Part shown: one piece after another, positions 38,116-49,318 of the stretch
Numbering within the stretch: position 1 is the first letter of the stretch
How the letters are laid out: the number at the start of each line of letters is the position of its first letter
Source: Acidobacteriota bacterium
GTDB lineage: Bacteria; Acidobacteriota; Terriglobia; Terriglobales; Acidobacteriaceae
NCBI GenBank assembly: GCA_021851335.1
Contig: JAJZEA010000005.1
Coordinates: 10,132 to 74,131, forward strand
Reading direction: 5' to 3'
DNA: 64,000 nucleotides
Notes under the pieces: model-generated
Told to the model about the DNA's origin: nothing
Databases searched by the model: none
Seen by the model: the letters and a program-made list of their open reading frames with translations, nothing else
Made by a program: the position numbers and the translations under genes

Positions 38116-39417
38116 GTGACTACCCCCGTGAAAGCTGTGCGCGGCACGCGCGACCTGTTGCCGCCGGAGACGGCGCTTTGGAGCCGCATTGAGGCTACTG
38201 CGCGTGAGGTCTTTGCGCGCTACAACTTTGGTGAAATTCGCACTCCGATCTTCGAGGAGACGGCGCTCTTTGCCCGCGGCGTCGGCGAAGAAACCGACAT
38301 CGTCTCCAAGGAAATGTACACCTGGGAGGATCGCGCGCGCGCGCAATCGGAAAAGACCCAAAGCCTGACCCTGCGGCCGGAGAATACGGCTGGCGTCGTA
38401 CGCGCCTACATCGAGCACAAGCTGGGTGAAAGCGGTCAGTTGCAGAAGCTGTTTTACATCGGTCCGCAGTTCCGGCGCGAGCGCCCGCAGAAGGGCCGCT
38501 ATCGCCAGTTTTTCCAGATCGGCGCAGAGGTCATCGGGCCAACTCACGCCGGTTCGGAGTCGCCGCTCCGCGATGCCGAGGTTCTCGAAATGCTGGCCTC
38601 GCTGCTGGATGCGCTGGGCATCGAGGGCTGGACGCTGAAGCTGAATTCCGTCGGCTCGGCAGCCGACCGTCCTGCTTATCTGGCCAGGCTGCGGGAAGCT
38701 CTCGCGCCCGTTGTCGGCCAGATGTGCGCCGACTGCCAGCGCCGCGCAGAGACCAACCCTCTGCGCGTGCTCGACTGCAAGGTGCCGGAGGATCAGCCGA
38801 TCATCGAAAGCCTGCCGCGCATCGCCGATTCGCTCGACGCGGCCAGCCGCGAGCACTTTGCCGCCGTGTGCGCGGCGCTCGATGCCGCTGGCGTCGTGTA
38901 CGCACTCGACCACCGGCTGGTGCGCGGCCTGGACTACTACACGCGCACGACCTTTGAGTTTACGCACGGCGGGCTGGGCGCGCAGAATGCGCTGCTCGGC
39001 GGTGGCCGCTACGACGGGCTAAGCGAAGCCATCGGCGGACCCAAGGCTCCGGGAATTGGATTTGCCATCGGGCAGGATCGGCTCGTGCTCACGCTCCAGG
39101 CACAGCAGCAGACAGCAGCCGAGCGCGCCGATGCCTGCATTGCGCCGGTCGGCGAGGCCCAGAACGCGGCTGCTCTGCGGCTGGCGCGGGAGCTGCGCCG
39201 CTCCGGGCTGCGCATCGAGCTGGGCGACGGCAGTTTTCGCGTGCGCAAGTCCATGGAGCTGGCCGACAAGCTGGCTCGGCAGATCGTGCTGCTGGGCGAG
39301 GACGAACTCGCCTCGGACCTGCTGACGGTGAAGGATTTTTCCACCGGCGTGCAGACAAAGATTCCCCGCGCTGATCTGGCCGCGCACCTGCTGGCGGCGC
39401 GCTCCGCAACAATTTAG
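38116..39417 (+). CDS. hisS: Histidine--tRNA ligase
   Basis: [42 protein letters not shown]. Confidence 0.98.
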   Translation: MTTPVKAVRGTRDLLPPETALWSRIEATAREVFARYNFGEIRTPIFEETALFARGVGEETDIVSKEMYTWEDRARAQSEKTQSLTLRPENTAGVVRAYIEHKLGESGQLQKLFYIGPQFRRERPQKGRYRQFFQIGAEVIGPTHAGSESPLRDAEVLEMLASLLDALGIEGWTLKLNSVGSAADRPAYLARLREALAPVVGQMCADCQRRAETNPLRVLDCKVPEDQPIIESLPRIADSLDAASREHFAAVCAALDAAGVVYALDHRLVRGLDYYTRTTFEFTHGGLGAQNALLGGGRYDGLSEAIGGPKAPGIGFAIGQDRLVLTLQAQQQTAAERADACIAPVGEAQNAAALRLARELRRSGLRIELGDGSFRVRKSMELADKLARQIVLLGEDELASDLLTVKDFSTGVQTKIPRADLAAHLLAARSATI

Positions 39418-39443
39418 GAAGCCAAACAGAAGAGGACAACGAC

Positions 39444-41318
39444 GTGCTGGATTTTCTCGGAGAGATGAAACGAACGCATCGCTGTGGCGAACTGCGCGCG
39501 GCCCAGGCGGGCGAAGATGTTGTGCTGATGGGATGGGTCAATCGCCGGCGCGATCACGGCAACCTCATCTTCCTTGACCTGCGCGACCGCAGCGGAATCG
39601 CGCAGATTGTGCTCGACCGCGATCTGACGCCCGATGGCCACGCTAAAGGCGAGGCCATTCGTCCGGAGTATGTCGTCGCGGCTGTCGGCAAAGTCCGTCT
39701 GCGCGATGCTGCGGCTATCAACCCGAAGATGCCCACCGGCGAGATCGAGATTGTGGCCTCGCAGATTCTGGTTTTGAACGATGCGAAGCTGGCTCCGTTT
39801 TCTCCCGCGGAAGAAGCCATCGCCAACGAGGAAGTACGCCTCAAATATCGCTACGTCGATCTGCGCCGCGCCGAGATGCAGCGCAACTTCTGGCTCCGCC
39901 ATCGCATCACGCTGGCCATTCGCCAAAGCCTCTCCGATCTTGGCTTTCTCGAGATCGAGACCCCGATTCTCACCAAGTCCACGCCCGAGGGCGCGCGCGA
40001 TTTTCTCGTGCCCAGCCGTGTCCATCCCGGTGAATTCTACGCGCTGCCGCAGTCGCCTCAGATCTTCAAACAGATTCTGATGATCTCCGGCTTCGACCGC
40101 TACTTTCAAATCGCCCGCTGCTTCCGCGACGAGGACCTCCGCGCCGACCGCCAGCTTGAGTTCACCCAGATCGACCTCGAGATGAGCTTCCCGCGCGAAG
40201 AGGATGTCTTCGCCGTCGTCGAGCAATTTCTCTCCGCCGGTTTTGCCGCTGCCGGCGTCCTGCTGCCGGCGCCGTTTCCGCGCATCACCTGGGATGAGTC
40301 GATGCGGCGCTTCGGCGTGGACAAGCCGGATATGCGTCTGCCCGGTTTGACCGACCTGCGCGCCGCCTTCAGCGACGCTGATATCGCCGCGCTCCAGCTT
40401 GATCCCGAGCTTCCCATTATCGCGCTGCGGATTCCGCGCGTCGGCGCGCTGAGCCGCAAGGAACGCGAGGATAACCACCCGCTTTTCGACGCAAAAAAAG
40501 GCGCCAAATTCATCGACGACCTCAAGCGGTTGGAAAAAGGTTTTCCCCACATCGTCGCAGCCTTGCGCCAGCAGACCGGAGCCTCCGACGAGGACTTCGT
40601 CGTCATCGTCGCCGGCGACCCGGCCCATCCCATCAAAGCCTCCGACACTAAGATTCCCGGTCGTCTTTCCGAGCGCGAGATCGCCGTCTACTCCGCCGCC
40701 GGCGCGTTTCGCGTGGAACTGGCCAAGAAGTACGCCGAGCGGCATGGAGCCTTTGCCGTCACGCAGACCGTGGTGGCCGGCGCTGACCCCGTCAGCGGCA
40801 AACTCATCGACGGCGCAGCCGCATTTCAGCCCATCTGGGTCACCGATTTTCCCATGTTCGAGCACGACGCGGAGACGGGAAAATGGATGCCCGCGCATCA
40901 CCCTTTCACCTCGCCGCACGATGCCGATGTCGAACGGCTCTTCACCGATCCGGCCACCGTGCGCGCGCGCTGCTATGACCTCGCCATGAACGGCCTGGAG
41001 CTTGGATCGGGGTCGATTCGTATTCACCGGCAGGACGTGCAGCGGCAGATCTTCGAGTCGCTCGGCATCACGCCCGAAGAAGCCCGCATGCGCTTTGGAT
41101 TCTTCCTCGACGCGCTGGAGTATGGCACGCCGCCGCATGGCGGAATCGCGCTCGGCCTGGACCGTATCGCGATGCTGCTGGCCGGCGCCCCCAGCCTGCG
41201 CGAAGTCATCGCCTTCCCAAAGACGGCGCGCGCCATCGACGTCATGGTCGATGCGCCGACCACCGTGAGCGAGCAGCAGATGAAGGAACTGCATCTGCGC
41301 GTCGCGCTGAAGAGCTGA
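39444..41318 (+). CDS. aspS: Aspartate--tRNA ligase (probably non-discriminating)
   Basis: RTHRCG, RRDHG (His typical of non-discriminating type), [29 protein letters not shown]. Confidence 0.98.
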   Translation: MLDFLGEMKRTHRCGELRAAQAGEDVVLMGWVNRRRDHGNLIFLDLRDRSGIAQIVLDRDLTPDGHAKGEAIRPEYVVAAVGKVRLRDAAAINPKMPTGEIEIVASQILVLNDAKLAPFSPAEEAIANEEVRLKYRYVDLRRAEMQRNFWLRHRITLAIRQSLSDLGFLEIETPILTKSTPEGARDFLVPSRVHPGEFYALPQSPQIFKQILMISGFDRYFQIARCFRDEDLRADRQLEFTQIDLEMSFPREEDVFAVVEQFLSAGFAAAGVLLPAPFPRITWDESMRRFGVDKPDMRLPGLTDLRAAFSDADIAALQLDPELPIIALRIPRVGALSRKEREDNHPLFDAKKGAKFIDDLKRLEKGFPHIVAALRQQTGASDEDFVVIVAGDPAHPIKASDTKIPGRLSEREIAVYSAAGAFRVELAKKYAERHGAFAVTQTVVAGADPVSGKLIDGAAAFQPIWVTDFPMFEHDAETGKWMPAHHPFTSPHDADVERLFTDPATVRARCYDLAMNGLELGSGSIRIHRQDVQRQIFESLGITPEEARMRFGFFLDALEYGTPPHGGIALGLDRIAMLLAGAPSLREVIAFPKTARAIDVMVDAPTTVSEQQMKELHLRVALKS

Positions 41319-41402
41319 ACGCGACCGAAGCGCAGTCGCCTCTCTGCGCCTCCGCTCTGCTACGCTGGTTCGTTACTCATCTCCCTCTGGAGCTGCTTTT
41401 CG

Positions 41403-42569
41403 ATGACCCATCCCAAGCCGATCACTGTTCTCAGCGAAGAAGAACAACTCCTCCAAAGCACCGTGCGCCGCTTCGCTGCGGAGACCGTAGCCCCGCTCGT
41501 GCGGCCCATGGAAGAGGCCGCGCAGTACGCTCCCGGACTCATCCGGAAACTGGCCGAACTCGGCCTGCTCGCCATCGAAGTTCCCGAAGACTTTGGCGGC
41601 TCCGGCGGCAGCTTTTTCGATTCCATCCTCGCCGTCGAAGCGCTGGCCGAGGTCGACCCATCCGTCGCGCTCATCGTGGACATTCAGAACACGCTTAGCG
41701 TCAATGCGCTGCTGCGCTGGGGCACTCCTTCGCAGCACCAGCGCTGGCTGCCGCAGCTTGCTGACGGCATGTTGTGCAGCTACGCGCTGAGCGAGGCCAG
41801 TTCCGGTTCCGATGCCTTCGCTTTGGAGACGCGCGCCGAGCGCACCTCCAATGGCTTTCGACTCCAGGGCCGCAAGCTCTGGATCAGCAACGCCCGAGAA
41901 GCCGGACTCTTTCTCGTCTTCGCCAACCTCAATCCCGCTGCCGGTTATCGCGGCATCTCGGCCTTTCTGGTTCCCGCCGGAACCCCTGGCCTGACCGTCG
42001 GGCGAATTGAGCACAAGCTGGGCATCTGCGCCAGCAGCACCTGCGAAGTCGTGCTCGACGACTGTCACATCCCCGCCGACGCACTGCTCGGGGAAGAAGG
42101 CAAAGGCTATCGCATCGCCATCGAAGTGCTCAACGAGGGTCGCATCGGCATTGGCGCACAACTGCTCGGTCTGGCCACCGGAGCGTGGAAACATGCCGCG
42201 CGCTACGCTCAGCAGCGCAAACAGTTTGGCCGCGCCATTGCGGATTTTCAGGCCGTGCAGTTTGACCTCGCCGAGATGGCAACCGAGATCGAGGCCGCGC
42301 GGCTCATGGTCTACAACGCGGCCCGCCTCAAGGACGCCGGACTGCCCTTTGTCACCGAGGCCGCCATGACCAAATACTTCGTCTCCCAGGTCGCCGAGCG
42401 CGTCGCCAGCCGATGCGTCGAAATCTTCGGCGGCAACGGATTTGTACGCGACTATCCGGCGGAGAAATACTTTCGTGACTCCAAGATCGGCAAGATCTAC
42501 GAAGGCACTTCCAACATGCAGCTTGCCACCATCGCACGCCAGCTGCTCGCCGATTCCATTGTGATTTAA
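41403..42569 (+). CDS. Acyl-CoA dehydrogenase (short/branched-chain type)
   Basis: YALSEASSGSDA, G.KLWISN, R.QFG..IADFQ, RDSKIGKIYEGTSN. Confidence 0.93.
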   Translation: MTHPKPITVLSEEEQLLQSTVRRFAAETVAPLVRPMEEAAQYAPGLIRKLAELGLLAIEVPEDFGGSGGSFFDSILAVEALAEVDPSVALIVDIQNTLSVNALLRWGTPSQHQRWLPQLADGMLCSYALSEASSGSDAFALETRAERTSNGFRLQGRKLWISNAREAGLFLVFANLNPAAGYRGISAFLVPAGTPGLTVGRIEHKLGICASSTCEVVLDDCHIPADALLGEEGKGYRIAIEVLNEGRIGIGAQLLGLATGAWKHAARYAQQRKQFGRAIADFQAVQFDLAEMATEIEAARLMVYNAARLKDAGLPFVTEAAMTKYFVSQVAERVASRCVEIFGGNGFVRDYPAEKYFRDSKIGKIYEGTSNMQLATIARQLLADSIVI

Positions 42570-42573
42570 GCCT

Positions 42574-43560
42574 TCACGCGCGCTGGCCACGCGCAGCGGC
42601 GGCGATCTGGCGAATATGCTCCGGACGCGTCCGGCAGCAGCCGCCCACCATCTGCGCGCCTGCCTCAAACCACTCCAGCGCGAGTGTATGAAACGCCTGC
42701 GGATCGCTCGCTCCCGTCCAGCAGCGCGCGCTGGCATCCCAGTTTTCGCCGGAGTTCGGGTAGACCACAATGGGCAGCTCGCAGGCGGCGCGCAACTCTC
42801 CGATGAGCGGAAGCACAAGACGCGGCGCAAGGCAGTTGAGACCAATGCCGACGACCTGCGGATGCGCGGCCAGGACCTCCGCGCAGTCGCCGAGCGGCTC
42901 GCCGTGCGCCACACATCGTGCGCTGTTTGCGGTCAGGCTGGTCGTGAAACTGATCCAGGCGCGCACCTCCGGCCAGTCGCTCAGCGCGGCCACAATCGCT
43001 TCCGCCTCAGCCAGCGACGGAACGGTTTCAAATGCGATCAGGTCCGCCCGATCCGCGCCGCTGCTCGTCGCCAGCACAGCGATGCGTTCCCGATGAAACT
43101 CCACCAGCTCGTCCCAGGAACAGTCGTAGTTGCCGTGATACTCGGCTCCGTTGTGCAGCGCCGCGCCAAAGGGGCCAAGCGAGGCAGCCACCAGCGGACG
43201 CAGGCTCGCGCCCGACTGACTGGAAGCTGTCAGACTTGCAGCGGCCGAACGCAGGTGAGCATCCCGCGCCCCAACCGCCAGTTCCACTGCGCGAAGCAGC
43301 GCGGCGTCGGCGCGCTCCGGCGGCAGGCCCAGCTCGGCAAAGCCGCGGCGAGAGACCTGATAGCTCGCCGTCGCAATGCACTCCGCGCCCGCCGCCAGAT
43401 ACGCCTCATGCACCGCGGCCACCAGCCTGGGCTGCTGCTCCAGCACATGCGCCGACCACAGCGGACCAGAGAGGTCCGCGCCCAGAAACTCCAGCTCCGT
43501 GGCCAGCCCACCATCCAGAACGCGCACTCCGCGCAGCGGATTCTCCTCAGCCTGCCCCAT
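42574..43560 (-). CDS. mmuM: Homocysteine S-methyltransferase
   Basis: LDGGLATELE, LWSA, GAEYHGNY, GLNC, YPNSGE, VGGCCR. Confidence 0.93.
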   Translation of the reverse strand: MGQAEENPLRGVRVLDGGLATELEFLGADLSGPLWSAHVLEQQPRLVAAVHEAYLAAGAECIATASYQVSRRGFAELGLPPERADAALLRAVELAVGARDAHLRSAAASLTASSQSGASLRPLVAASLGPFGAALHNGAEYHGNYDCSWDELVEFHRERIAVLATSSGADRADLIAFETVPSLAEAEAIVAALSDWPEVRAWISFTTSLTANSARCVAHGEPLGDCAEVLAAHPQVVGIGLNCLAPRLVLPLIGELRAACELPIVVYPNSGENWDASARCWTGASDPQAFHTLALEWFEAGAQMVGGCCRTRPEHIRQIAAAARGQRA

Positions 43561-43803
43561 GCGGCGATTCTAATCCGCCGCAGGAGCCAATCCCACTCAA
43601 AACAATGCTCCGCGCCGTCGGAGTTGCTCTGAAAGGTGGTTTTCAGAGATACTGAAAGACAGTGTGCATAGTGGTAACCGGCAAAGTCGCAGGACCACAG
43701 CACCGTAACGAGCGCATGACGACGAATTCGCCGGTCTGGCGGAGATCGTCTTGGCAAATCACAAGATGCAGGCATCGCTCGGAATTGAAAGGAAAAGAGA
43801 CCC

Positions 43804-44052
43804 GTGGTTATGATCCGTCTGGCGCGCGTTGGCGCCACCAAGAAGCCGTTTTACCGCATTGTCGTCATTGAGAAAGATCGCGCCCGCAATGGCCGCTCGA
43901 TCGAAGTCGTCGGCACCTATGACCCCCGCACCAACCCTGCCTCCGTCAAGCTCCAGCATGACCGGGTTCAGCACTGGATCAGCGTCGGCGCGCAGATGTC
44001 GGATCGGGTAGCGAAGCTGGTCGCGAAGTTCCCGGCTGCCATCGCTGCCTGA
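43804..44052 (+). CDS. rpsP: 30S ribosomal protein S16
   Basis: IRLARVG..KPFYRIVV..RNGR.IE.VGTYDP. Confidence 0.98.
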   Translation: MVMIRLARVGATKKPFYRIVVIEKDRARNGRSIEVVGTYDPRTNPASVKLQHDRVQHWISVGAQMSDRVAKLVAKFPAAIAA

Positions 44053-44297
44053 TTGCTTCTCGAAAACTACTTCGCAGCCTAAGAGTGTGCACAGGAAGTT
44101 GATTTCCTGAATTCCCCACCACTGGCGTAACTTCGCTGCGATTGATACTATCGTGCGAACGGTTAAAGAGACTCTGGGTAGGACGCGCATTTGCTCTCCG
44201 GTTCACGGCGCGTCCAGCGAATGGAACTTAGCATCGCAAAGCAGCACCGGAGCCGTGCAACCGCGAGACTGCAAGACTTGATAAATGGGGCACGTGC

Positions 44298-44564
44298 ATG
44301 ACCCAGATCGATACAACAGAAGTCGTGGATTTGGTGCTTGAGATGGCTCGAGCACTGGTGGATGCGCCGGACGCGGTGGAAGTGGAATGTGTGGACCACG
44401 AGGAGAGCACAGTGGTCCGGCTGCGTGTGGCACCAACGGATGTGGGCAAGGTGATCGGCAAGCAGGGACGGACGGCGCGATCCATGCGCACCATCCTCAG
44501 TGCCGTCAGCATGAAACTCCATCACCGCTACACGCTGGACATTCTGGAAGAAGGCGACGACTGA
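44298..44564 (+). CDS. khpA: KH-domain RNA-binding protein
   Basis: ALVD.PD.V, DVGKVIGKQGRTARSMR; located between rpsP and rimM. Confidence 0.93.
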   Translation: MTQIDTTEVVDLVLEMARALVDAPDAVEVECVDHEESTVVRLRVAPTDVGKVIGKQGRTARSMRTILSAVSMKLHHRYTLDILEEGDD

Positions 44565-44657
44565 GGTCGCACTGCCTCCCGAGGATCGAGCTTTTGCGAC
44601 TCTGCATGTCAAACTGTCAGCCCTGTGCGACAAGCCTGTGGCGTCAGGTTCCCTGCC

Positions 44658-45242
44658 ATGACTGAGCATTCGGCATGGGTCTGGCTGGCGCAGATTCGCC
44701 GCTCACAGGGCCGCAAAGGCGAAGTCCTCGCGACCATTCTCACCGACTTCCCGGAAAAATTTGCCGACCGGCGCCAGCTTTGGCTGCTCGAAAAAGCAGG
44801 AACTCCGCAGGAGCGCTCGCGCCCCGTCACCCTGGCGCATTTCTGGCTGCACAAAGGCTCCGTGGTGCTGCACTTTGATGGTGTAACGACCATCACCGAA
44901 GCCGAGGCGATGCGCGATCATGTCGTGGCCATTCCCCGCGAGCAACGCGCGCAACTCGACCCCGACGCTTACTATGTTGGCGACCTCATCGGCTGCACCC
45001 TCATCGATCAGCAGGCGGAAGGCTCACGCATCGTCGGTGTGATTGAAGACGTCGACCGCCAGGCCGGGCCAGTTGCGCTGCTCATCGTTCGTGGCGAGCG
45101 CGATCAGGAGCATCTGATTCCGCTTGCCAAAAGCTATCTGCGCCGCGTGGACCTTGCGGGAAAACAGATAGTGATGGCTCTGCCCGCCGGACTGCTCGAT
45201 CTGAATGCGCCCGCCGCATCGGAGGCAAACCATGACGCCTGA
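44658..45242 (+). CDS. rimM: Ribosome maturation factor RimM
   Basis: QGRKGEV, YYVGDLIG, LIP, PAGLL; synteny. Confidence 0.92.
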   Translation: MTEHSAWVWLAQIRRSQGRKGEVLATILTDFPEKFADRRQLWLLEKAGTPQERSRPVTLAHFWLHKGSVVLHFDGVTTITEAEAMRDHVVAIPREQRAQLDPDAYYVGDLIGCTLIDQQAEGSRIVGVIEDVDRQAGPVALLIVRGERDQEHLIPLAKSYLRRVDLAGKQIVMALPAGLLDLNAPAASEANHDA

Positions 45243-46113
45243 ACTGCCTCCTGACCTGCCGCCTGAGATGGCTCCCGCTTCGCAGCACACGCATCCGTTG
45301 CAGATCGACATTCTCACCATCTTCCCCGCATTCTTCGACGGTTTTCTCCATCACGGCGTCGTTGCGCGCGCCATCGAGCGCAAGCTCGTCCATGTCGGAG
45401 TCCATGATCTGCGCCGCTTCACGCACGACGCACATCGCACCGTCGATGACCGCCCCTTCGGCGGCGGCGAAGGCATGGTCCTCAAGCCGGAACCGCTTGC
45501 CGAGGCTCTGGAATCGCTCGGCGTCCACCCGCTGGCCGAGCGCGGCAGCAAGAGCCGCGAGACGGTCATCCTGCTCGCCGCCCAGGGACGGCCGCTGACC
45601 CAGGCCGTCGCGCGGGAACTGGCCGCCAAGGAGCGCGTCGTCATGCTCTGCGGGCGCTATGAAGGCATCGACGAGCGCATCCGCCAGCTTTACTGCGACC
45701 GCGAGATCTCCATCGGCGACTACGTGCTGAGCGGGGGCGAACTCGCAGCCGCTGTCGTCGCCGACGCCACGCTGCGCCTGGTGCCCGGTGTCCTCGGCAA
45801 TGCAGCCTCCGCAGCCTTTGAAAGCTTTGGCATGGCAGATGGCGCCATCCAGTCCGACGAAGACGGTGTGCCGCGCAGCCAGCACGGCTCTGGCGGCTTG
45901 CTGGATTATCCCCACTTCACGCGCCCGGCGGAGTTTCGCGGAATGCGCGTTCCCGATGCCTTGCTCAGCGGTGACCACAAAGCCGTTCGGCGCTGGCGAC
46001 GCCAGCAGCAACTGGCCACTACGCTGCGCAACCGCCCGGAACTGCTGGAAACGGCCACGCTCACCGACGAAGACCACAAGACTCTCGCCGCCCTTCGCAC
46101 CCGCCAGCGCTGA
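45232..46113 (+). CDS. trmD: tRNA (guanine37-N1)-methyltransferase
   Basis: VDDRPFGGGEGMV, CGRYEGIDER, SIGDYVLSGGE, LLSGDH. Confidence 0.97.
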   Translation: MTPELPPDLPPEMAPASQHTHPLQIDILTIFPAFFDGFLHHGVVARAIERKLVHVGVHDLRRFTHDAHRTVDDRPFGGGEGMVLKPEPLAEALESLGVHPLAERGSKSRETVILLAAQGRPLTQAVARELAAKERVVMLCGRYEGIDERIRQLYCDREISIGDYVLSGGELAAAVVADATLRLVPGVLGNAASAAFESFGMADGAIQSDEDGVPRSQHGSGGLLDYPHFTRPAEFRGMRVPDALLSGDHKAVRRWRRQQQLATTLRNRPELLETATLTDEDHKTLAALRTRQR

Positions 46114-46295
46114 ACACCGCATCTAAGCCTTTGTCTCACAGTGAAACGGGGAGAGTGTTGCGCGATGGATGCTCCTGGTATGCACAGACCAGTGCGCCAG
46201 AATACGCCAACAGCCGCGATGACGGTAAGCTGGTGGCAGGGGAAAAGCCCGGGGGCGAGCATGGAGGACACAATGGAAGAGTTACAGGAGGTGGA

Positions 46296-47552
46296 ATGCC
46301 GGCACTGGTAATTGCCTTTATCGGAGCGCTGGTCTTTGGCGCGCATCTGTTTGTGGCGCTGTTTGCGAAGACGCGCGTCCCGGATGTCCTGCTGCTGATT
46401 GTGATCGGACTGCTGCTCGGGCCGGTGACACATCTGGTCAGGCCGGAGCAGTTTGGCAGCGTCGGGCCGGTCTTCACCACCGTGACGCTCGTGTTTCTGC
46501 TCTTTGAAAGCGGAACCGAGCTTCAGGTGGGAACGATCCGCAAGGTGCTGCATGGGTCGTTTCTGCTTTCGGTGCTGAACTTTGTGGTGACAACGGCAGT
46601 AGTCGCGGTGGCGGCGTGGAAGGTAGCGCATCTCGGCGTGGGCACAGCGATTCTGCTGGGCACCATTCTCGGCGGCACCTCACCGGCGGTCGTCATTCCC
46701 ATTGCCGCGCAGTTAAAGATGAAGGAACATTCCGGAGCGATCCTCTTTCTGGAGTCGGCGATCAGCGATGTCGTCTCGATCGTGCTCGCGCTCGCGCTGC
46801 TCGACGGTCTGCATGCCGGAAATCTGGAGGTGGGCAAGATCATCGGCACGCTCCTCGGATCGTTTCTGCTCGCCGGAGTGCTGGGCGCGCTGGGAGCGAT
46901 CTTCTGGTCCAACCTGCTGAGCCGCGTCAGGACGCTGCAAAACGGCATGTTTACCACGGCCGCGTTTCTGTTTCTCATCTTCGGCCTGGCAGAACTGCTC
47001 GGCTACAGCGGGGCCATTGCCGCGCTGGTCTTTGGCGTGGGGCTGGGCAATGTCGCCTGGCACGGAGCCATTCTGTCCAAACGTTTTCCGTCGCTCGCCC
47101 CCGTCGGGCTGAACAGCCGAGAGAAGGGATTTTTTGCCGAGATCGTCTTTCTGCTGAAGACGTTTTTCTTCGTCTACATCGGGCTGTCGATCCAGTTTCG
47201 GAATCTTTCCACGATTCTCTTCGGGCTGGGCGTGACGGCGCTGCTCTTTGTCGCGCGGATTCCGGTCGTGCGCTACGGAGTGACGAGGACGACGACCGTG
47301 ATGGACGCAAGCCGCATGGCGGCAATGGCTCCCAAAGGACTGGCGGCGGCCGTGCTCGCCTCGCTGCCGCTACAGCAAAAGCTGGCGCATGGAGACTTCA
47401 TCCAGAACACCACTTACGCGGTGGTGCTCTTCAGCATTCTGCTCACCTCGGCGCTGATCTTTTTGCAGGACCGCACCCCGGCCGGGCGCGTCTATCGGTG
47501 GCTGCTCACGGGGTTTGCCAAAGAGGAGCCGGAGGAAACCGCGGAGGCGTGA
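46296..47552 (+). CDS. Cation:proton antiporter (CPA, NhaP-like)
   Basis: Highly hydrophobic; LFESG, TSPAVV, LESAISD, PKGLAAAVLA. Confidence 0.88.
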   Translation: MPALVIAFIGALVFGAHLFVALFAKTRVPDVLLLIVIGLLLGPVTHLVRPEQFGSVGPVFTTVTLVFLLFESGTELQVGTIRKVLHGSFLLSVLNFVVTTAVVAVAAWKVAHLGVGTAILLGTILGGTSPAVVIPIAAQLKMKEHSGAILFLESAISDVVSIVLALALLDGLHAGNLEVGKIIGTLLGSFLLAGVLGALGAIFWSNLLSRVRTLQNGMFTTAAFLFLIFGLAELLGYSGAIAALVFGVGLGNVAWHGAILSKRFPSLAPVGLNSREKGFFAEIVFLLKTFFFVYIGLSIQFRNLSTILFGLGVTALLFVARIPVVRYGVTRTTTVMDASRMAAMAPKGLAAAVLASLPLQQKLAHGDFIQNTTYAVVLFSILLTSALIFLQDRTPAGRVYRWLLTGFAKEEPEETAEA

Positions 47553-47613
47553 GGCTGGCAACTGGGTCCGGCGCATTACGCTGCGCCGGAGCCAGTTGCG
47601 GGTCTTGCAGCCC

Positions 47614-48882
47614 TCAGGCGTAGATGCCGCGCTGCTTGATCGTGAACGCCACCCGGTCAATCGCCAGCATATAGGCAGCAATACGGTTGTTGACGCCGTG
47701 CGTTTCCGCATAGCGAAGCACATCGTCAAAGCTCTCGCTCAGAATCTCTTCCAGCCGCTCGATGACGGTCGCTTCGTTCCAGAAGTAGCCCATGCGATCC
47801 TGCACCCACTCAAAATAGCTTGCAGTCACGCCCCCGGAGTTGGCCAGAATATCCGGAATCACAAAGACGCCTTTTTCCGCCAGAATCTCATCGGCCACCG
47901 CCGTCGTCGGGCCGTTCGCGCCCTCGATCAGAATGCGCGTGCGAATCCGCTCGGCGTTGCGGCTGGTGATCACATTCTCCGTAGCCGCTGGAATCAGAAT
48001 GTCCGTTTCGGTTTCAAGCAGCGTCGCCGAATCCATCGCTTCCGCGCCCTTGAATCCGTGAATCGATCCATTGCGCTCGCGATGCTCCAGCAGCTTGCCA
48101 ATGTCGATGCCCGCCGGGTTGTACAGGCCACCGTCAAATTCAGCGATCCCGATTATCTTGTACCCCTTCAAAGCCAGCAGCCGCGCGGAGTTCGAGCCAA
48201 CGTTCCCAAATCCCTGCACAATCACCCGACAGTTCTCCGCACCCATCTTCAGGTACGCAAGGCTCTTGTTGCACATCACCATCACACCGCGCCCGGTCGC
48301 CTCGCGTCTCCCGCGTGAGCCGCCGATATTCAGCGGTTTGCCCGTCACCACGCTCGTCACCGTCTGGCGCATGTGCATCGAATAGGTGTCCATGATCCAG
48401 GCCATCGTCTGCTCATTCGTGTTCACGTCGGGCGCGGGCACATCCTTTTCCGGCCCAATGAACTCGATGATCTCCGACGTATAGCGGCGCGTCAGGCGCT
48501 CCAGCTCACCCTGGCTCATCTTGCGCGGATCGCAGATCACTCCGCCCTTCGCTCCGCCAAACGGAATATTGACCACCGCGCACTTCCACGTCATCCAGCT
48601 TGCCAGCGCGCGCACCTCATCCAGCGTCACATCGGGTGCATAGCGAATGCCGCCTTTGCCCGGTCCGCGCGCAATCGAGTGCTGCACACGATAGCCGGTA
48701 AACAATTCAATGTGCCCGTCATCCATGGTCACAGGAAAGTGGACAATGATCTCGCGTGAAGGCGAGTTGAGCACTTTCCAGATGCCGGGGTCAAGGTTAA
48801 GCTTGCGCGCGGCAAAGTCAAAGCGCGCCGATTGTGCTTCCCAGGGATTGATTTCCTGTTCCAGGCTGATGGTCGAAGCCAT
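47614..48882 (-). CDS. gdhA: Glutamate dehydrogenase (Glu/Leu/Phe/Val dehydrogenase family)
   Basis: [48 protein letters not shown]. Confidence 0.92.
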   Translation of the reverse strand: MASTISLEQEINPWEAQSARFDFAARKLNLDPGIWKVLNSPSREIIVHFPVTMDDGHIELFTGYRVQHSIARGPGKGGIRYAPDVTLDEVRALASWMTWKCAVVNIPFGGAKGGVICDPRKMSQGELERLTRRYTSEIIEFIGPEKDVPAPDVNTNEQTMAWIMDTYSMHMRQTVTSVVTGKPLNIGGSRGRREATGRGVMVMCNKSLAYLKMGAENCRVIVQGFGNVGSNSARLLALKGYKIIGIAEFDGGLYNPAGIDIGKLLEHRERNGSIHGFKGAEAMDSATLLETETDILIPAATENVITSRNAERIRTRILIEGANGPTTAVADEILAEKGVFVIPDILANSGGVTASYFEWVQDRMGYFWNEATVIERLEEILSESFDDVLRYAETHGVNNRIAAYMLAIDRVAFTIKQRGIYA

Positions 48883-49318
48883 ACAAAGATTCTCCAGATG
48901 CAGCGCCGGGCGGGAGGTTGACTCGCGGCCCGCGCACGCCCGCTACTGTGCAGCCTATCGGCGAAAAAAAGACGCGCACGAGAGTTGACACAGCACGAAC
49001 GGTCGATCCGGTTCAGAAATAATGCCGGCGCCCGCAGTGCGAACGAGCAAACTTCGCCGGGCGGTCTGGCTGGGAACCGGCTGCTCCAGGCCAAACGACT
49101 TGAGTCTAGGCTGACGAGCAAACAGTCGTCAACTGAGATCAGCGCGGCGAGAACAGGCGAACCCGATCTCGAATGAACGTATGCAGACTCAACTAGGCCA
49201 ATTCCAAAGAGTGTAGGGTACCAAAAGTCGAAAGAGCATAGACAAAAGTTATGACCGGGCGCGGACGTGTGTGGAAGTTTGTCTTCGTTTTGTAAAAATC
49301 CGCTGCTAGACTCGGTGT

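Noticed and set aside
37966-38967. N-terminal extension making an 821-aa ORF
   Set aside because: It overlaps hisS antisense; a signal peptide and RBS support the start at 37965
39414-41294. 626-aa minus-strand ORF, and similar long antisense ORFs over uvrC, guaA and the acyl-CoA dehydrogenase
   Set aside because: Mirror frames of clearly identified genes
43570-43800. SRP RNA or tRNA in the mmuM-rpsP spacer
   Set aside because: No SRP domain IV (CAGG..GGAA..AGCA) core or cloverleaf with a T-loop is visible
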